Source: Octopus sinensis
Lineage: Eukaryota
Reading direction: 5' to 3'
NCBI RefSeq assembly: GCF_006345805.1
Contig: NC_043003.1
Location: forward strand, 86,180,001 to 86,244,000
Length of the DNA: 64,000 nt
Under the pieces are notes generated by a model, which saw only the letters and a list, made by a program, of their open reading frames with translations, searched no databases and had not been told where the DNA came from. Made by a program: the position numbers and the translations under genes. This document shows, one piece after another, positions 1 to 13,483 of this stretch (position 1 is the stretch's first letter; each line of letters opens with the position of its first letter).

Positions 1-54
1 CATTTTATTCACCTGGGAATAGCCTTTCATGGAAAAACTGATAAAGATTATCTG

Positions 55-830
55 CAAAACATGTTTTCTTTAATCATTGATGAATGTACAGAAATTTCAG
101 TTAACCAAATTCTAGCTACGAATGTAACTTAACTTCGGTTTCAATAAGCATGTTATTGTAGATACTATGTTAGATACTCTAGCTGTCGTCAAAGGAACGG
201 GTCTTGTTATTTACCTATACTGTCAATTCTACTTGCCATGAAAACAAATATTCGTCTATAAAATATTGAATTTACAAGTAAGAATTTTTAACTCCACGAT
301 GGGCACCGAAACTGTGTTCCGGTAATTACAGAACGATAATATGCATTTGTCCTTACTTAGCTCTGTGTACTAGCCAAGCTGTCCATGGTGAATTGCCCAG
401 GCATTTAGAAATCTTTGAAAAATACTAAACTTATTATTTTTCTCACAGCGACTGAAGAAGAAATAGTAGTTATAGGTAGAATTTAAAATATAGTTAGAAG
501 AATTTAAAACATAAAAAATAAATAGTCCTGGTCCAAACATGCCTAGAAGAGTAAAACTCCAAGCCTTGAATTGCAGGAGGTTGGTACACAGTGGATGTAC
601 GCTTCAACAAAATAATTCATTGGATTAACACAATTTCTGCTTCACTAGAGGATATCCTGTCCCTACTAATGAGGAAATGCAACCTACAGGAGGAGCTTAC
701 GACACCTGTCAGTATGAAGCTATTGAAAAGAAGCAAAAAGCAAAAGAAAAGAAATTTGATGTTTACCTTATTTATTTCCGAAGTGAATCCACCGATGATG
801 AATTTAGGGAATGTTGAATTGTAGTTTGAG
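55..830 (+). pseudogene. Degenerate hAT-type transposase relic (window starts inside it)
   Basis: Broken-frame translation gives MFSLIIDECTEISVNQILA (hAT FS..DE.TD.S motif), LALCTSQAVHGELPRHLEIF and FSHSD*RR; stops and frameshifts throughout. Confidence 0.55.
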
Positions 831-2429
831 CATGTCAGTTTACATAATCTGCATTTAATATCCTTAGAATATAAACAACAGGTTGACGACTTAAAGGCGA
901 ATGTTTGAAAATCTTGGTAAACGATATCGACCCAAGTGAATTATTGAAGAATCTTAAATTCCCCAAAATTGATCCACGTATTGGAAGTAATTACAAAAAT
1001 ATTAAAGCTGTTTACTTTGTAGAAAAGGCAAGACCATATTTAATTACTAAACATTTAATGGAAATTTAAAACTGTTTGAAATTCCTTAATGTTTACTTTC
1101 ATTGAAGATGGGATTTTTAAAAATTTAATTTATTAAACTGAAAATAACATAGGATTCTACGCATCTCATTCTTCCAGCTGTTCACTTGCATTAGACCTAC
1201 ACCTATTATTCTACTAGCTGTTCATTTTCCATTCATTGTCAGAAAGCTGTCTAAACGTTCAATAGACAAGTTATTGTTTAACAGCAGATAATTTCCTTAT
1301 CTCTACTGAATTTCCTTATCTCTATTCCTGAATACAAATTAAAAGACAAATTCTGAATTCAAAATATTTTGTTATTCAGTTATTAGTCCGATTTAATAAT
1401 CTTGCCATATTTGTCAATGTACGTTGAAAGGATAAGCTCTGTAATAAACTGTGCCAAAATGAGAAATAATTATTTGTCAAAAGCAGAGCATATGAAAGAG
1501 ATTAATTGCAAAGCAATTTATTACTAGAAATATTGTGGGAAACACTACGTAGAAGACCAAGAAATAATTAGTGAAGGTGATTAAGAAAGGCTGTGTAAGC
1601 AAAATGTACTACGGAAAGAATAAAAGGAGTAGACAGAAAATAACGAATTGCTTACTGCTTTAAATGGAACTGACGAAGAAAAAGTGAAGAAGAAGGAGGA
1701 GGAGCCATTATTATGTTCTACATATAAAGTAAATAAAATATCGTTGTGTTTCTATTTTAACACAATATTGGTTTCTCTTTCGTGTCTAGTAGATCTGAGA
1801 GTTTTATGAAAATCTCACTGGCGGCTCTGATATAGATTTCCCACTATACGTACATCAGCTGAAATAGCTTGGATATCTTGTTCGCATGTCCGATTTTCAT
1901 TATCTCCATAGGTTCCTCTACGACTAAGTACACCATGAACAAAGTTTGGATAGTATAACAAAGAAGCAATTCAAGGATCACTCGGAGGTGATTTCAATGA
2001 CAAGGGATACAACTTAACACCAAAATGGGGAGAAAGTGACGTGCAGGCAGAATTAGAGTGGACCTCTTCAAGCAAATAATTACTTATCCTATCTGTGAAA
2101 GACGTTGTACAGCAAAGAAATAATGTATAATCTAGAATTAGGACATAGCCATCAAAAAATCAACACCTAAAGAAGAAGGCTACTATCGGGTTTGATAAAT
2201 AATTATATCCACATCGTCTGCAGTTGTATAAAGTGGTGAATATGGAGGAGAAAAGTTAAAATAGCTTATTTACGAACGAAGAGTTTTTAAATATTGGACT
2301 AGCATCGAGTGATATAGATTTTTCTTGTTCTCGTCATAACCAGTGTAGCATTGACTTGGCGCCTTAGAAACCTGTAACCAAGATCGCTATTGTTCATCAA
2401 TTATGATATAAAATAATCCTGTTTATTAT

Positions 2430-2625
2430 CGGCACAATACTTGAAATTTATGGGGAGGGAGTTAGACGATTTCCTCGGCCCCAGTGCTCATATGGTACTT
2501 ATTTTATCAATCCCCGAAAAGAGGAAAGGTAAAGTCGACCTCGGCAGAATGTGAACTCGGAACGTAAAGCGGGAAGAAATGCCACTAAACATTTTTCTCG
2601 GCGTGCTAAAGATTCTGACAGCTAA
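2430..2625 (-). mobile_element. tRNA-derived SINE (family A, octopus-type)
   Basis: Reverse complement of the family core ...gttccgagttcacattctgccgaggtcgactttacctttcctc...gataaaataagtaccatatgagcactggggccgagg. Confidence 0.7.
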
Positions 2626-2670
2626 CTGGGAGCTGTCTTTACGATATAAAATAATAGTAATAATAATAAT

Positions 2671-4655
2671 CGAAACCCTAAAACAACGTGTGCAGGCAAA
2701 AACATTAAAGGTGCAACGCTACACCAATCGCATATCGCAGTTCCAACAAAACAGGTTATTCTCAAATAATCAGAGGGAGTTTTTAAGCTCTTAGGAAATA
2801 CAAAAGATAATATACCACCTGAAGTGGAAGAAACCCGCCAATTTTGGAATAACATCTTGGGGAAAGAAGTTTCCTACAACCACGGTGCTAAGTGGATTCA
2901 TTCTGTGTGATCCGAACTCCATCGCCCGAAGGCTCCGCGGAAGGATCATGTACGCATCACAACGGAAGATGTAATTGCACGGATATTAAAACTGCGAAAC
3001 TGGGAAATGGCAGGACCAGACAGAATTCCAGGCTATTGGCTCAAGTGGGTTAGGTCAACACACTGCGAATTGCAGTTCCGGAATGGATTGTTGAGGGAAA
3101 GACAACATTGTTGTTGAAATATCGGTCTAAGCGCAATGACATTGTCAATTACCGACCTATTACTTATCTTAACCTCTTATGGAAAGTGTTAACAGACATC
3201 CTCGCAAGAAACATATATCCGTTCCTTGCGGAAAACAATCTACTTCCCGTAGAATAAAAGGGATGCCGAAAAGGATCCAAGGGTACCAAGGACCACCTTG
3301 TGATAGACAAGGTTGCAATGAAAAACTACAAACGGAACCAAAAAACTTGTACATGGCCTGGATAGACTTTAAAATGGTTTATGACATGTTGCCGCATCCG
3401 TGGATTCTGGTAATATTCAACATGTGTGGAATAGCTGACAACGTTTGTGCACTGATTAAGAACAACATGCCTAGTTGGAAAACACTTCTCTTCTGTAACA
3501 ACCAGCACTTAGCCGAGGTAACAATCAAAATAGATATCTTACAGGGAGATTCCTGTTCATCTTTTTTATTAGTTATAGCCTTGATCCAACTTTCTCTCGT
3601 CCCACGCAAAGTCAATGCGCGCTGTGAATTGAGAAATAATGGACCTAATCTCAACCACATTCTCTTCATGGATGATTTAAAACTGTTCGCAAAAACAGAG
3701 CCTGAAAAGAAAAGAATGGTTGAGCCTGTGCAGATGTGCGTTGAAATTCGGTAGCTCGAGGTGCGGTGTCCACTTTGAAAGGGAGTAGGGATGAGCAGAT
3801 TGTAGATGCATAGAATTGCCAAACAGAGAGCGAATGGAAGACCCGAATGATGATGGGCATAAATATCTTGGTATCTTGGAACTGGACAATATCTTGCATA
3901 GATAAATGAAAGACAAGGTCGTCATATTAGAAGCGTCTTATATTTCAAGCGTCTCAAACTTCTCTTGAAGCTAAAACTCAACTCGAGGAACCATGTAACT
4001 GCCATCAACATATAGTGCATCCATTCTGAAATGGACTTGAGCGGAGATTAACCAACTTGATCGCATTAGCCGAAAGACAACGACAATGCATGGTGCCTTC
4101 GACCGCAAGGCGAACGTACACAGACTCTACATGAAAAAGTGTAAAGGTGGACGTATGGGAGTGCATCAACAGTGAAAGACAAATCATGACAGAATATTTG
4201 GTAAATAGCAAACAAGGACTTGAGAGTGCTATGACCAATAGCAAATGTGAGAGAAGAAACTCTACTCCGCATGATATCACATGGTAAGTTCCACCGTGAA
4301 ACTAACGACCAAGACGCATCATGGTGGTGGCTCAGCAAGGGTGACCTAAGAAAGGCGACTGAAAGCCAAATCAACGCTACCCAGGATCAGGCATTGAATA
4401 CCAATCCAGTGAAAATGGATATATATACCACCCAAGTGAAGAAAACCACTGCAGAGTGTGTGAAGAGGGGCAAATGAGTGACTCATATTGCTAGGGCTTG
4501 TGAAAGCCTTAAGTAGAATGAGTACAAGGCACGACAAGGTAGCCCAAAACCTTCATTGGCTGCTATGCCAGAAGTATGGATACAAGGTAACGGGTGCTTG
4601 GTACCAACATACATAGGAAAAGGAAATGGACGAAAAGGGAAAGGCAAAAATCCAT
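2671..4655 (+). mobile_element. R4/Dong-like RLE non-LTR retrotransposon relic
   Basis: Fragments ETLKQRVQAK..QFQQNRLFSNNQREF, MAWIDFKMVYDMLPHPWIL, ILQGDS, HILFMDDLKLF (RT), HGKF, WWWLSKGDL, QINATQDQAL; preceded by short (AAT)n. Confidence 0.85.
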
Positions 4656-4703
4656 TTCGTCCTGCGTGCTAATGATTCTGTCAGATCGCCGCCTTAATAA
4701 TAA

Positions 4704-6850
4704 CACTGGTCAACAACCAAAATGCTTCTGAGACCAGAGTAGCAATTTCCAAGTAATTTTAGGTCACTGGATATCATGGCTAAAACTGATTTTAAGACAC
4801 ACGTACGTGTCACAACAGGTTCCAACAGGCTTGCGGAAGTATGTTTCTTACCGCACTCACTGTCCCACTGCTCTTCAGTATTGTTCCAGCAGTCATAGGA
4901 GGTGGTTGTGCTGTGCAAGTTTATATACTGAGGTGAAAGGTAAGGGATTTTCCTAGTCAAACACTTTTTAAACTTATAATAAATATGCATTGAGTAAGTT
5001 ATTGATATGCATGTGATGGCATTTTATATTAATTTTATTTTTCTACTGAATGATATAAACACTTCTGCTTAGCTGTCATGTTCTGTATGATAATCATAAA
5101 TTTATGAGCGAATTATCAGTTTATCTGCTAATTGTTTGTTGTTTTCTTCTTTAAAATGCCTCGCACTTGTGTGAATAAGGCAGATAACTTCTGCTACATT
5201 TGTAGTGAGGCATATAACTGCTATGGTTAGAAAGGTATATCACATATATTTTGGATGCAAGATTGGCGACCAGGATAAGAAGTGGGCTCCTCACATGTAC
5301 TGCAACGCTTGTGCTACTAACCTTCGCCAATGGTTGAACAAAAAGAGAAAATAAATGTCTTGTGTTTTGCCAATGACGTAGCGGGAGCAATAGACACACC
5401 AACAATTGTTATTTTTGCATGGTACTTCCAGTAAAAAAGGGCTTTGTCAAAGAAGGAAAAAGAGTCCATTCTGTATCTAAACATTCCATTAGCTACCGGC
5501 CCAGTTCCTGATAAACTACCGTCGATATTCTTCGAGTCAGAAGAAAGTGATGAGGAGGAAGCAGAGTAGGATGACAATGCTAGATTACAGAATGACCCAA
5601 AGTTTGATGAAACACACTCCTCTAGACCACATCTCATAGCACAAGGGGAACTCCATGACCTTGTCAAGGATCTACAACTACCTAAGAATAAAGCAGATCT
5701 ACTCGGCTCTCGTCTGCAACAGTGGAGTCTCCTAATAGCTGATGTAAAGGTTTCAAAATTTCATGACTGTCAGCAGCAGTTCAGCAGTTTCTTCATAATG
5801 AAAAGTGATTTATGGGCCGGCAAGAATTTTAATGGTCTGATGGAAGTGCTTGATATTGAATACGAACCCAGTCAGTCAAGGCTGTTCATAGATCATGAAA
5901 AACTTGTCTGAAAGGTGTCTTGTTGCAAAATAGCAATAGTGAACCTTCCGTTCTTGTGGGCTATGCATCACATATGAAAGAAACTTATGAGAATATAAAG
6001 CTTATGCTGCAATGCATAAAATACAGTGAATATCAATGGCAGCTCTGTTGTAACTTAAAGGTCATTGCTTTTGTAATGGGCTTGCAGGGAGGATGCACCA
6101 AGTACTGCTGCTCTCTGTGTGAATGGGACAGCCATGCAAGAGATTCCCACTGTATCAGGAGAGACTGGCTACCTCGTCAGTCATTGAAGCCTGGGACGAA
6201 CAATTTTCAACATCCACATCTCACTGAAACAATCCAAATTTTTAGCTACAACCATTACACATAAAACTGGAGTTCATGAAAAAACTTTGCAAAGGCTATG
6301 AACAAATCCGGTCAGGGATTCAAGTATTCAATATCAGAATTCCCCCAACTGAGCGACGCTAACATAGAAGAAGGAGGTTTCATTTATCCTCAGAATTGGC
6401 AGAAAACCTCATCAAGGCTTACACATGGGATGTAACATGTCACGTTAAATCCACGTTTTGGACTTACATTTAGACTTTTCTCCAGCAAACTGTGGGGCAG
6501 TTAGTGACGAACATAGTCAAGGGTTTCACCAAAATATTTCAACCATGGACAAGTGATACCAGGGAAAATGATGCAAAATGATGCTTGCTGGAGATTGGCA
6601 AGAGATTATTTTTCAGCTCTCTATAAGCGTCAAGCAAAAAGGCAGAGAGTAGATACGGACAACAGCTTTAGATATAATGGCACATATTGCACGTTGTAAT
6701 AAAATAGTCAAATGTCACGTGTTGTGTATCTTTATGCCTATAGCTAATAAGTTACTTTTCAAGGTGATATTTGGATTCAGGACATGAAAATACTTAAGAA
6801 TTTATTAATCCCATTAAAGAAGCCCCCAACTTTTCAAAAATTGAGTAGTG
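4704..6850 (+). mobile_element. Chapaev3-like (CMC) DNA transposon, both ends present, degenerate
   Basis: Ends CACTGGTCAA... and ...TTGAGTAGTG (revcomp CACTACTCAA), TAA on both sides (4701-4703, 6851-6853); internal transposase motifs match Chapaev3 as I recall it. Confidence 0.75.
5156..6660 (+). pseudogene. Chapaev3-like transposase pseudogene
   Basis: MPRTCVNKADNFCYIC at 5156; ORF 5920-6264 KETYENIKLMLQCIKYSEYQWQLCCNLKVIAFVMGLQGGCTKYCCSLCEWDS; later HIKLEFMK and a GAVSDE..QGFHQ-like stretch; many stops and frameshifts. Confidence 0.8.
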
Positions 6851-6908
6851 TAATAATGATGATGATGATGATGATAATAATAATAATAATAATAATATAA
6901 TAATAATA

Positions 6909-6943
<35 letters not shown>

Positions 6944-6947
<4 letters not shown>

Positions 6948-7289
6948 CAACGTGTCTCTAAAAGAAATAGAGAAACTTTCAAATTACAAAGACCTGGAAA
7001 TAGAGGTAACTAGAATGTGGAATCTAAAAACAGAAACATTTCCTATCATAGTAGGTGCATTAGGCATGATAAAACAATATTCAGACAAATACATAACAAA
7101 AACACCAGGACTTACAAACACATATAACATACAGAAAATTGCACTACTAGGCACTGCACACATCCTACGCAGAACACTTTCAATACAGTAACCATCAGAG
7201 CATCACAACAAATCACAGCACACACCCAAGGCACACAGAGCTGCGCTCGGTAGTGAAGTGAAAGCACGTTATAAAAATAAAACTACTGA

Positions 7290-7291
<2 letters not shown>
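6944..7291 (+). mobile_element. 5'-truncated R4/Dong-like copy (RLE C-terminus plus 3'UTR) in (AAT)n
   Basis: ORF 6952-7191 KYKDLEIEVTRMWNL..PIIVGALG..KIALLGTAHILRRTL; highly similar to 30285-30632; (AAT)n on both sides. Confidence 0.9.
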
Positions 7292-7354
<63 letters not shown>

Positions 7355-7494
7355 TATCATGTCTAATTCGTATGGTTTGTCAATACGATAATTAACTGAA
7401 ATTTTCTGCACTATAGTACAGGTAATTTCATCATTTACATTTTTATTTTCTATTCCGATTAGTATCATTTCAATCGTCTTTAGATCCCTCATTT

Positions 7495-7637
<143 letters not shown>

Positions 7638-8449
7638 CTGTTTAGCATTGAAGCAGTAGTTAAGAATGATGGCAGAGTGGTTGAGAATGTTGAAACCCTT
7701 CGTTAGTATTATGAGATATATGTAGAAATAGCGCGCACGAAAACACATGCTAATTGAAACATTCGGTAGAAAAAGCATGCACGATGATATTAAGAAATCT
7801 TAATTGCGTAGGAAAATTCTTATTTTGAAAAGAGTCGAAGTAAGCGATGACCTTAATGGAATATAATACAGTCAGTAAGATATATTTCGGAGTCTTTAAT
7901 CTCACAAAAGCCTGTGTATCACACATGTAGCAGATATTTACAAAATTCACATACACTCAAGGAGAAAGTAATACGGAGACATGACAATCGCAAGATTAGG
8001 ATTATAAATTACTACTCTACCTAAAAAGAAGTTGTAGAAATTATGTCCTGGAATCGAAAATGTTATAAAAACATTCAATATCGATTTTTAATTCTTTTAG
8101 ATACTGCAAGTAATGTCAGATGCAGACCTAGATTGCAAAACAAAAAAAATTATTTTGCCATTTAAATACGAGAAGTAATGTTAGATGCATTCCTAAATTA
8201 CAAGACAAAAACTGTGTTACCATTTAAAATAAAATCTCACACTAATTAAAAATTGATTCTCGGTATCGAGACCAACAACATGGTACTTAGCGTTGTAAAT
8301 AGAAATCGGTAGTAAGAGGAGCGAATAACAATCAGTATTTTCAAGTTTTATACACTTACATGAGGCAGTGCAAAATAAATTAATTGAAAATGGGCAAGGG
8401 GGAAGGGTTATCATTTAAAGTTTGATATAAGCTTATAATAATTATAAGC

Positions 8450-8496
8450 ATATAATAATAATAATAATGATAATAATACTTCTAATAATAATAATG

Positions 8497-8533
<37 letters not shown>

Positions 8534-8562
8534 TGATAATAATAATTATAATAATGATGATG

Positions 8563-8598
<36 letters not shown>

Positions 8599-8613
8599 TT
8601 TTTATTATTGTTA

Positions 8614-8675
<62 letters not shown>

Positions 8676-8706
8676 GTTAGTGTTATTATTGTTGTTGTTG
8701 TTGTTG
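8450..8706. repeat. (AAT)n / (TTA)n / (TTG)n compound microsatellite
   Basis: Direct reading; the TTA/TTG part is the 3' tail or target of the adjacent minus-strand LINE. Confidence 0.95.
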
Positions 8707-9200
8707 TTTTACTTCGCAGAGCGCTCGGTTTTGTTTGCTCTGGTTGATTCTGTGAGAGCGGGCAGTAGCCTGTCGTCAGAGGTCAAACAGGGTCTCTTTC
8801 TGCACAATATAAACTTTGATACTTGGTTCTTAATTATCGAGGAAGACATTCTACATCCAAGTACCAGTCTCAAAATCCTGGTTGTGTCCAGCAGAGCAAT
8901 TTTGGATGCTTGCTCTGCTCTCTTGTTAATTCCGATTTCTCTGACATATTTCTTGAACTTGATTGTTAATGCACCATGTGCCCCTACAACTACTGGAATG
9001 ACAGACACTCTCCTCATTGTCCACTCGTGCTTTTTAATAATTTCTAATCCATTGTCACTTATGCGAGCATCCCCAGATATTGTAATATCTATAATCTTTT
9101 TTTCCTTTACCTACCACAACAATGCCTGGCGTCCGAGCCTCGATTAGGGAGTCGCACTGGATTGTAACTGTGTCTTATGTTTATTGTTCTTGATCACTCC
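8707..9200 (-). mobile_element. R4/Dong-like 3' fragment (different family)
   Basis: ORF 8709-9017 VIPVVVGAHGAL..KIALLDTTRILRLVLG, the RLE-LINE C-terminal pattern. Confidence 0.8.
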
Positions 9201-9989
9201 TTCTGGTTCACGTTCGTAGCATTTCCGTGCTCCGTCCAGGCCGTACTTTTCATATAGACCCAGTGAACAAACTTAGTCACGTTATTGTGCCTCCTCCACC
9301 AGCACCACCAGCACCAGCACCACCACAGTAGCTTAACAATAATTAAATTAGCAGTTTTAAGCACCAACAAATGCATGCTGTTTAAGAAAAAGGGTTACAG
9401 GATATATTCACAAATATGTGATTATGTCACCTCCCTGTCTTTTTAAGAACTTTGTAATTTATGGAAGTGGAAGAATTTGGAGTCTTCCCTCTTGTAAGGA
9501 GTCTCTGACAAAGCAGTCTTGTATTAGATTCCAGGTTGAAATGGCCAATACCTCCAACAGCCCACTAAATGAAAATGATGTCATAATATTATTTGGTTCA
9601 CACAATTTGTACCTAAATTATGATGACTGGTTGATGATGATGGTAATGAAATTGCATGTTTCAGTTTTCCTCACCCAAAGAGATCGCTTTTCTGCCGACA
9701 AAAGAAATAGACAAATCAAGAAGAGCAATCAAAACCGGTGAATATGTTGTGATGAGTCCGTCATTGGCTATGCTGATGATCATACTGATGATCGACTGTG
9801 AAATGAGCAAGACTTGTTAACATACCTTGAAAATACCTGAGGCAAGATCGGTTAGTTTTCAATGCGAAAAGAAAAGAATAAAAGGAAATTGATAAAAAGA
9901 ATAAAAGAAAATAAATAAAATATGATTGATTAATAAGTGACCATCAATATGAATGAAAACCATTTGCCAGTGTGTTTCATCGAAACTCA

Positions 9990-10700
9990 GAGATCAGAAG
10001 TTTCAAGTACTTTAGGTCTTATGATGCTGAAAGTAAGAAAGATTTCCTGATACATAAAGGGTGCCTTGGAGTGCCTACTTCATTACATCTGGCAATTGCC
10101 AATAATCAGCTACGTAATATAATTATTGTCATCAATGAAAAACTGATGACTCTCCACTCAAGGACTGAAATTTCTAACAGATTTGCAACAACTACCAGTG
10201 TGTTAACAATATGTAGCATGTATTCAAGGCAGTTTAAATATGCATTTTACGCTTAAGTAGACTGTGATCAATCAACCAGAATTTTAAAGCAAGGCAAAAT
10301 CTTGCTCGGTGATATCGATCTTAGGATTGTTATTTATTCTAACATACAGAATGGTGCAATTGCAAAAGAATACGGGGTAAAGAGCTAACAGAAATGACAT
10401 CCTCCTTCTTACTGAATGTGGAGAACATAACTTAGTAATCAGTAACACACTATTTTGGCAAACAAGCACAGACAAGGGTTCCCAGCGCCATCTGCGATCA
10501 ATGTACTTGTATAAAATTGACTTTGTCAGTATACAGATGCGCAAGTATTAGGTTGGACAATTAACAAGTATCAAAACTGAGATCAACGAGGTTGAGCAGA
10601 CCACGACTGAATACGATATTACATGGCAATTTATCTCGGTGAATTTATGAAATAATGTCAACAGATATCAAAACCGCAGAATATCAGAGTATTTTAACTA
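9990..10700 (-). mobile_element. Heavily degenerate RTE-like LINE relic
   Basis: ORF 10284-10544 resembles RTE APE endonuclease (WEPL..CQNSVLLITKL..HSVRRR..KID); 10030-10120 resembles the RT C-terminal WAGHVARM..PK motif in broken frames. Confidence 0.3.
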
Positions 10701-12534
10701 GTTCTGACAAGATACGTCGTCATCCATAAGTCTAGAACTCTACGACATCCCTCAAAATACATGATGCACTAAAAAACAGGATATGCTTGCAGATAGCCAG
10801 AAGCCTTATTCTTTATAGCGAATAAACATTGAAAATAATTTGACGAGAACATTGTCTAAATCGTGCAGATGACCAACAGGAAATCAACAGTTTCACATGT
10901 ATTCAAAACAAAATTAATGATCACGAAAGGAACGATTGCCTGCAAGCAAAGCCTGCTCTCTAGTATCATAAGCGCACCATAAAGAACAACTAATAGAAGG
11001 CCAAAATATTTTAATACTATATATTAATATACCTATAATCCAAGTAAAAATTTCCGGTAACTTTGTCTAAACACATTACAAAACTAACCAAAGTACAAGC
11101 ACCTATCAATAGCCGGTGAGTAGAACATTTCAAGTCAATGATGAACAACTTAGGTATATCATCTGACATTGCAAAAAAAAAAAGAAAAAGAAATGCAATA
11201 TGTTCTTTAAACCACAAAAGGGAATCGAAGTCTAAGGATTTCAAGGAACGAGATGTCAGTAACAAAACTCTATGCACTGGGCCTCAAAGAAGTAAATATA
11301 TCTTACATTGGGACCATAATTATGAATGATCATCATTAATGGTTTGACGATGTCATGCAAATGGTGGATCATCAGCGGCCCAAAAAGAACTATTCTACTC
11401 TTAACTGAACGAAGGAAAATACCCTTGATGTAGATAAAGAAAGCAGTTCAAATTTGTACTAAAAGAAATTGTTAAAGGAGAGTTATCAATATATTTGAGA
11501 TGAGAAACTTTTGCTGTTAACCAACCGAGATCTACACACACTGTCTATAACAGAGCAGAATATTTTGTCATTAGTTCGAACATTTCAACGATAGATTTGA
11601 GAGTAGCAATGTTAAACGATCAACTCAGAATCTCTTTCCCTGCAACACATCTTACTTTTGTGGAAGTAGAGTTCTGAGCGATATAGAAATGTTCAGAACG
11701 CGAGTTTTAAAGTAGTGAAATATCAGTCTGTTTAGACATTCTTTGAGACTATAACCCAGGACGGCCTGTGATTGGATCGTAAGACTCATGTTCGGCCAAC
11801 AGAGTTAACATACCAATCCACAGAATAAAAGTCTGAAGAACAATTATCTTGGACCATAAGATATTTCCGTCAATAAAAAGTGTAACCTCAACTAGTAGGC
11901 CAATACAAAATTAGTCTGATATTTCAAAGATCACGTAAACCGTCTATCACTCCTGATATAGATAAGAATAATTCAAGACATACAGTCACATATATTGCAT
12001 AAATATAATTTTTTAATACAATATCATTTCCTTCTAATAGTAAAGTGCATTCTCTTGATTACGATCTTCCCAAAATATATATTCAATTTTTTTTGTCATA
12101 AGAGTAGCACTCCATAGTCTCCTGAAGTCAAATATTTCCAGATATATTCTCTTTCGTTAACGCGAAATAAGGAAAAAGAGAAAATTCTATTGCTTCAAAT
12201 TCACACATCCTTCAGTTTTGTTGTTTTTTCTTCTGCACTTTCACATTTATGCTAGTCAATATTTTTAAATCAGTTCACAGATAGCGACCTATTTCCAGCT
12301 GACGTACCTACAAAAAATGGCATTTATCTGATTGAAACGTAAGCCATAAAACAATAATATGGCCAATGGTCTGTTGTATATAACTTATGAAAAGGTGAAA
12401 GAGTCAAGCAAAAAAAAAAAAAAAGAAACTATTACACTTACAAATATCTGATGCTTGGTAAATTGTGAAAGATATGCTCGTTTATACTGTGAAGTCGATT
12501 TTTATGCAGCTGTCTGAAATTATAAATATAAGAA

Positions 12535-12628
12535 TTAATATATATATATAAACATACATATAAATTAATATATATGTGTGTACGTATGTGTATATATATA
12601 TATATATATATATAAACATACATATAAA

Positions 12629-12687
<59 letters not shown>

Positions 12688-12714
12688 TACACATACATAT
12701 ATATATATATATAT

Positions 12715-12763
<49 letters not shown>

Positions 12764-12774
12764 CATATATATAT

Positions 12775-12834
<60 letters not shown>

Positions 12835-12888
12835 GTATGTATGTATATATATATATTATATACATGCTTACATATATATATATATATG

Positions 12889-12931
<43 letters not shown>
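12535..12931. repeat. (TA)n-rich compound microsatellite
   Basis: Direct reading. Confidence 0.95.
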
Positions 12932-12936
<5 letters not shown>

Positions 12937-12959
12937 CGTTGTTTATTTATAATACATTC

Positions 12960-13007
12960 AGGCCTGCTGATGAATACGTAAGTATGAAATCACTGTGATA
13001 CAGGTCT
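12960..13007 (+). ncRNA. Minimal type I hammerhead ribozyme, copy 1
   Basis: ggcctg-CTGATGA-atac(gtaa)gtat-GAAA-tcac(t)gtga-TA-caggtc: stem I ggcctg/caggtc, full core, stem II 4 bp, near-palindromic stem III, predicted AUA cleavage after 13000. Confidence 0.8.
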
Positions 13008-13435
13008 ATAATTTTTTAAATGTCTTACTTTGAAAAATTGCATTCGGTGGGATTAGTAATATTTTTGGTAGAAATGACTAATTGTCCCTCTTAGCGTGTG
13101 GCTTGTATGTATAATGCCTTCTGGCATGTATGTATAATGCCCTCTATATATAAATTAATATGTTCAATAAGAAATAATTATTTTCGAATTTTTTTCTCTT
13201 ATGAGGTTTTCACGCTATCTACCTGACAATTTCTTGTTAAGTTTTCCTTATTAAGTAGTTGTCCTTAATTGCTAAATTTTTATTCCGAAAAAACTTTTCC
13301 TCTCCCGAAATGCAATTCGTAAAAGTTTGCCATTTATCCGGATATATGTAAACTCACCCATGTGCTTCGTTGATGTTGATCAGTTAGCTGATCGGCTTAA
13401 GCGGGGCAGGGTCGTTGTTTATTTATAATACATTC

Positions 13436-13483
13436 AGGCCTGCTGATGAATACGTAAGTATGAAATCACTGTGATACAGGTCT
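13436..13483 (+). ncRNA. Minimal type I hammerhead ribozyme, copy 2
   Basis: Identical to copy 1; predicted cleavage after 13476. Confidence 0.8.

Noticed and set aside
1985-2160. APE endonuclease fragment (GGDFN..WGES)
   Set aside because: Single short motif with stops; too little to call a family or boundaries
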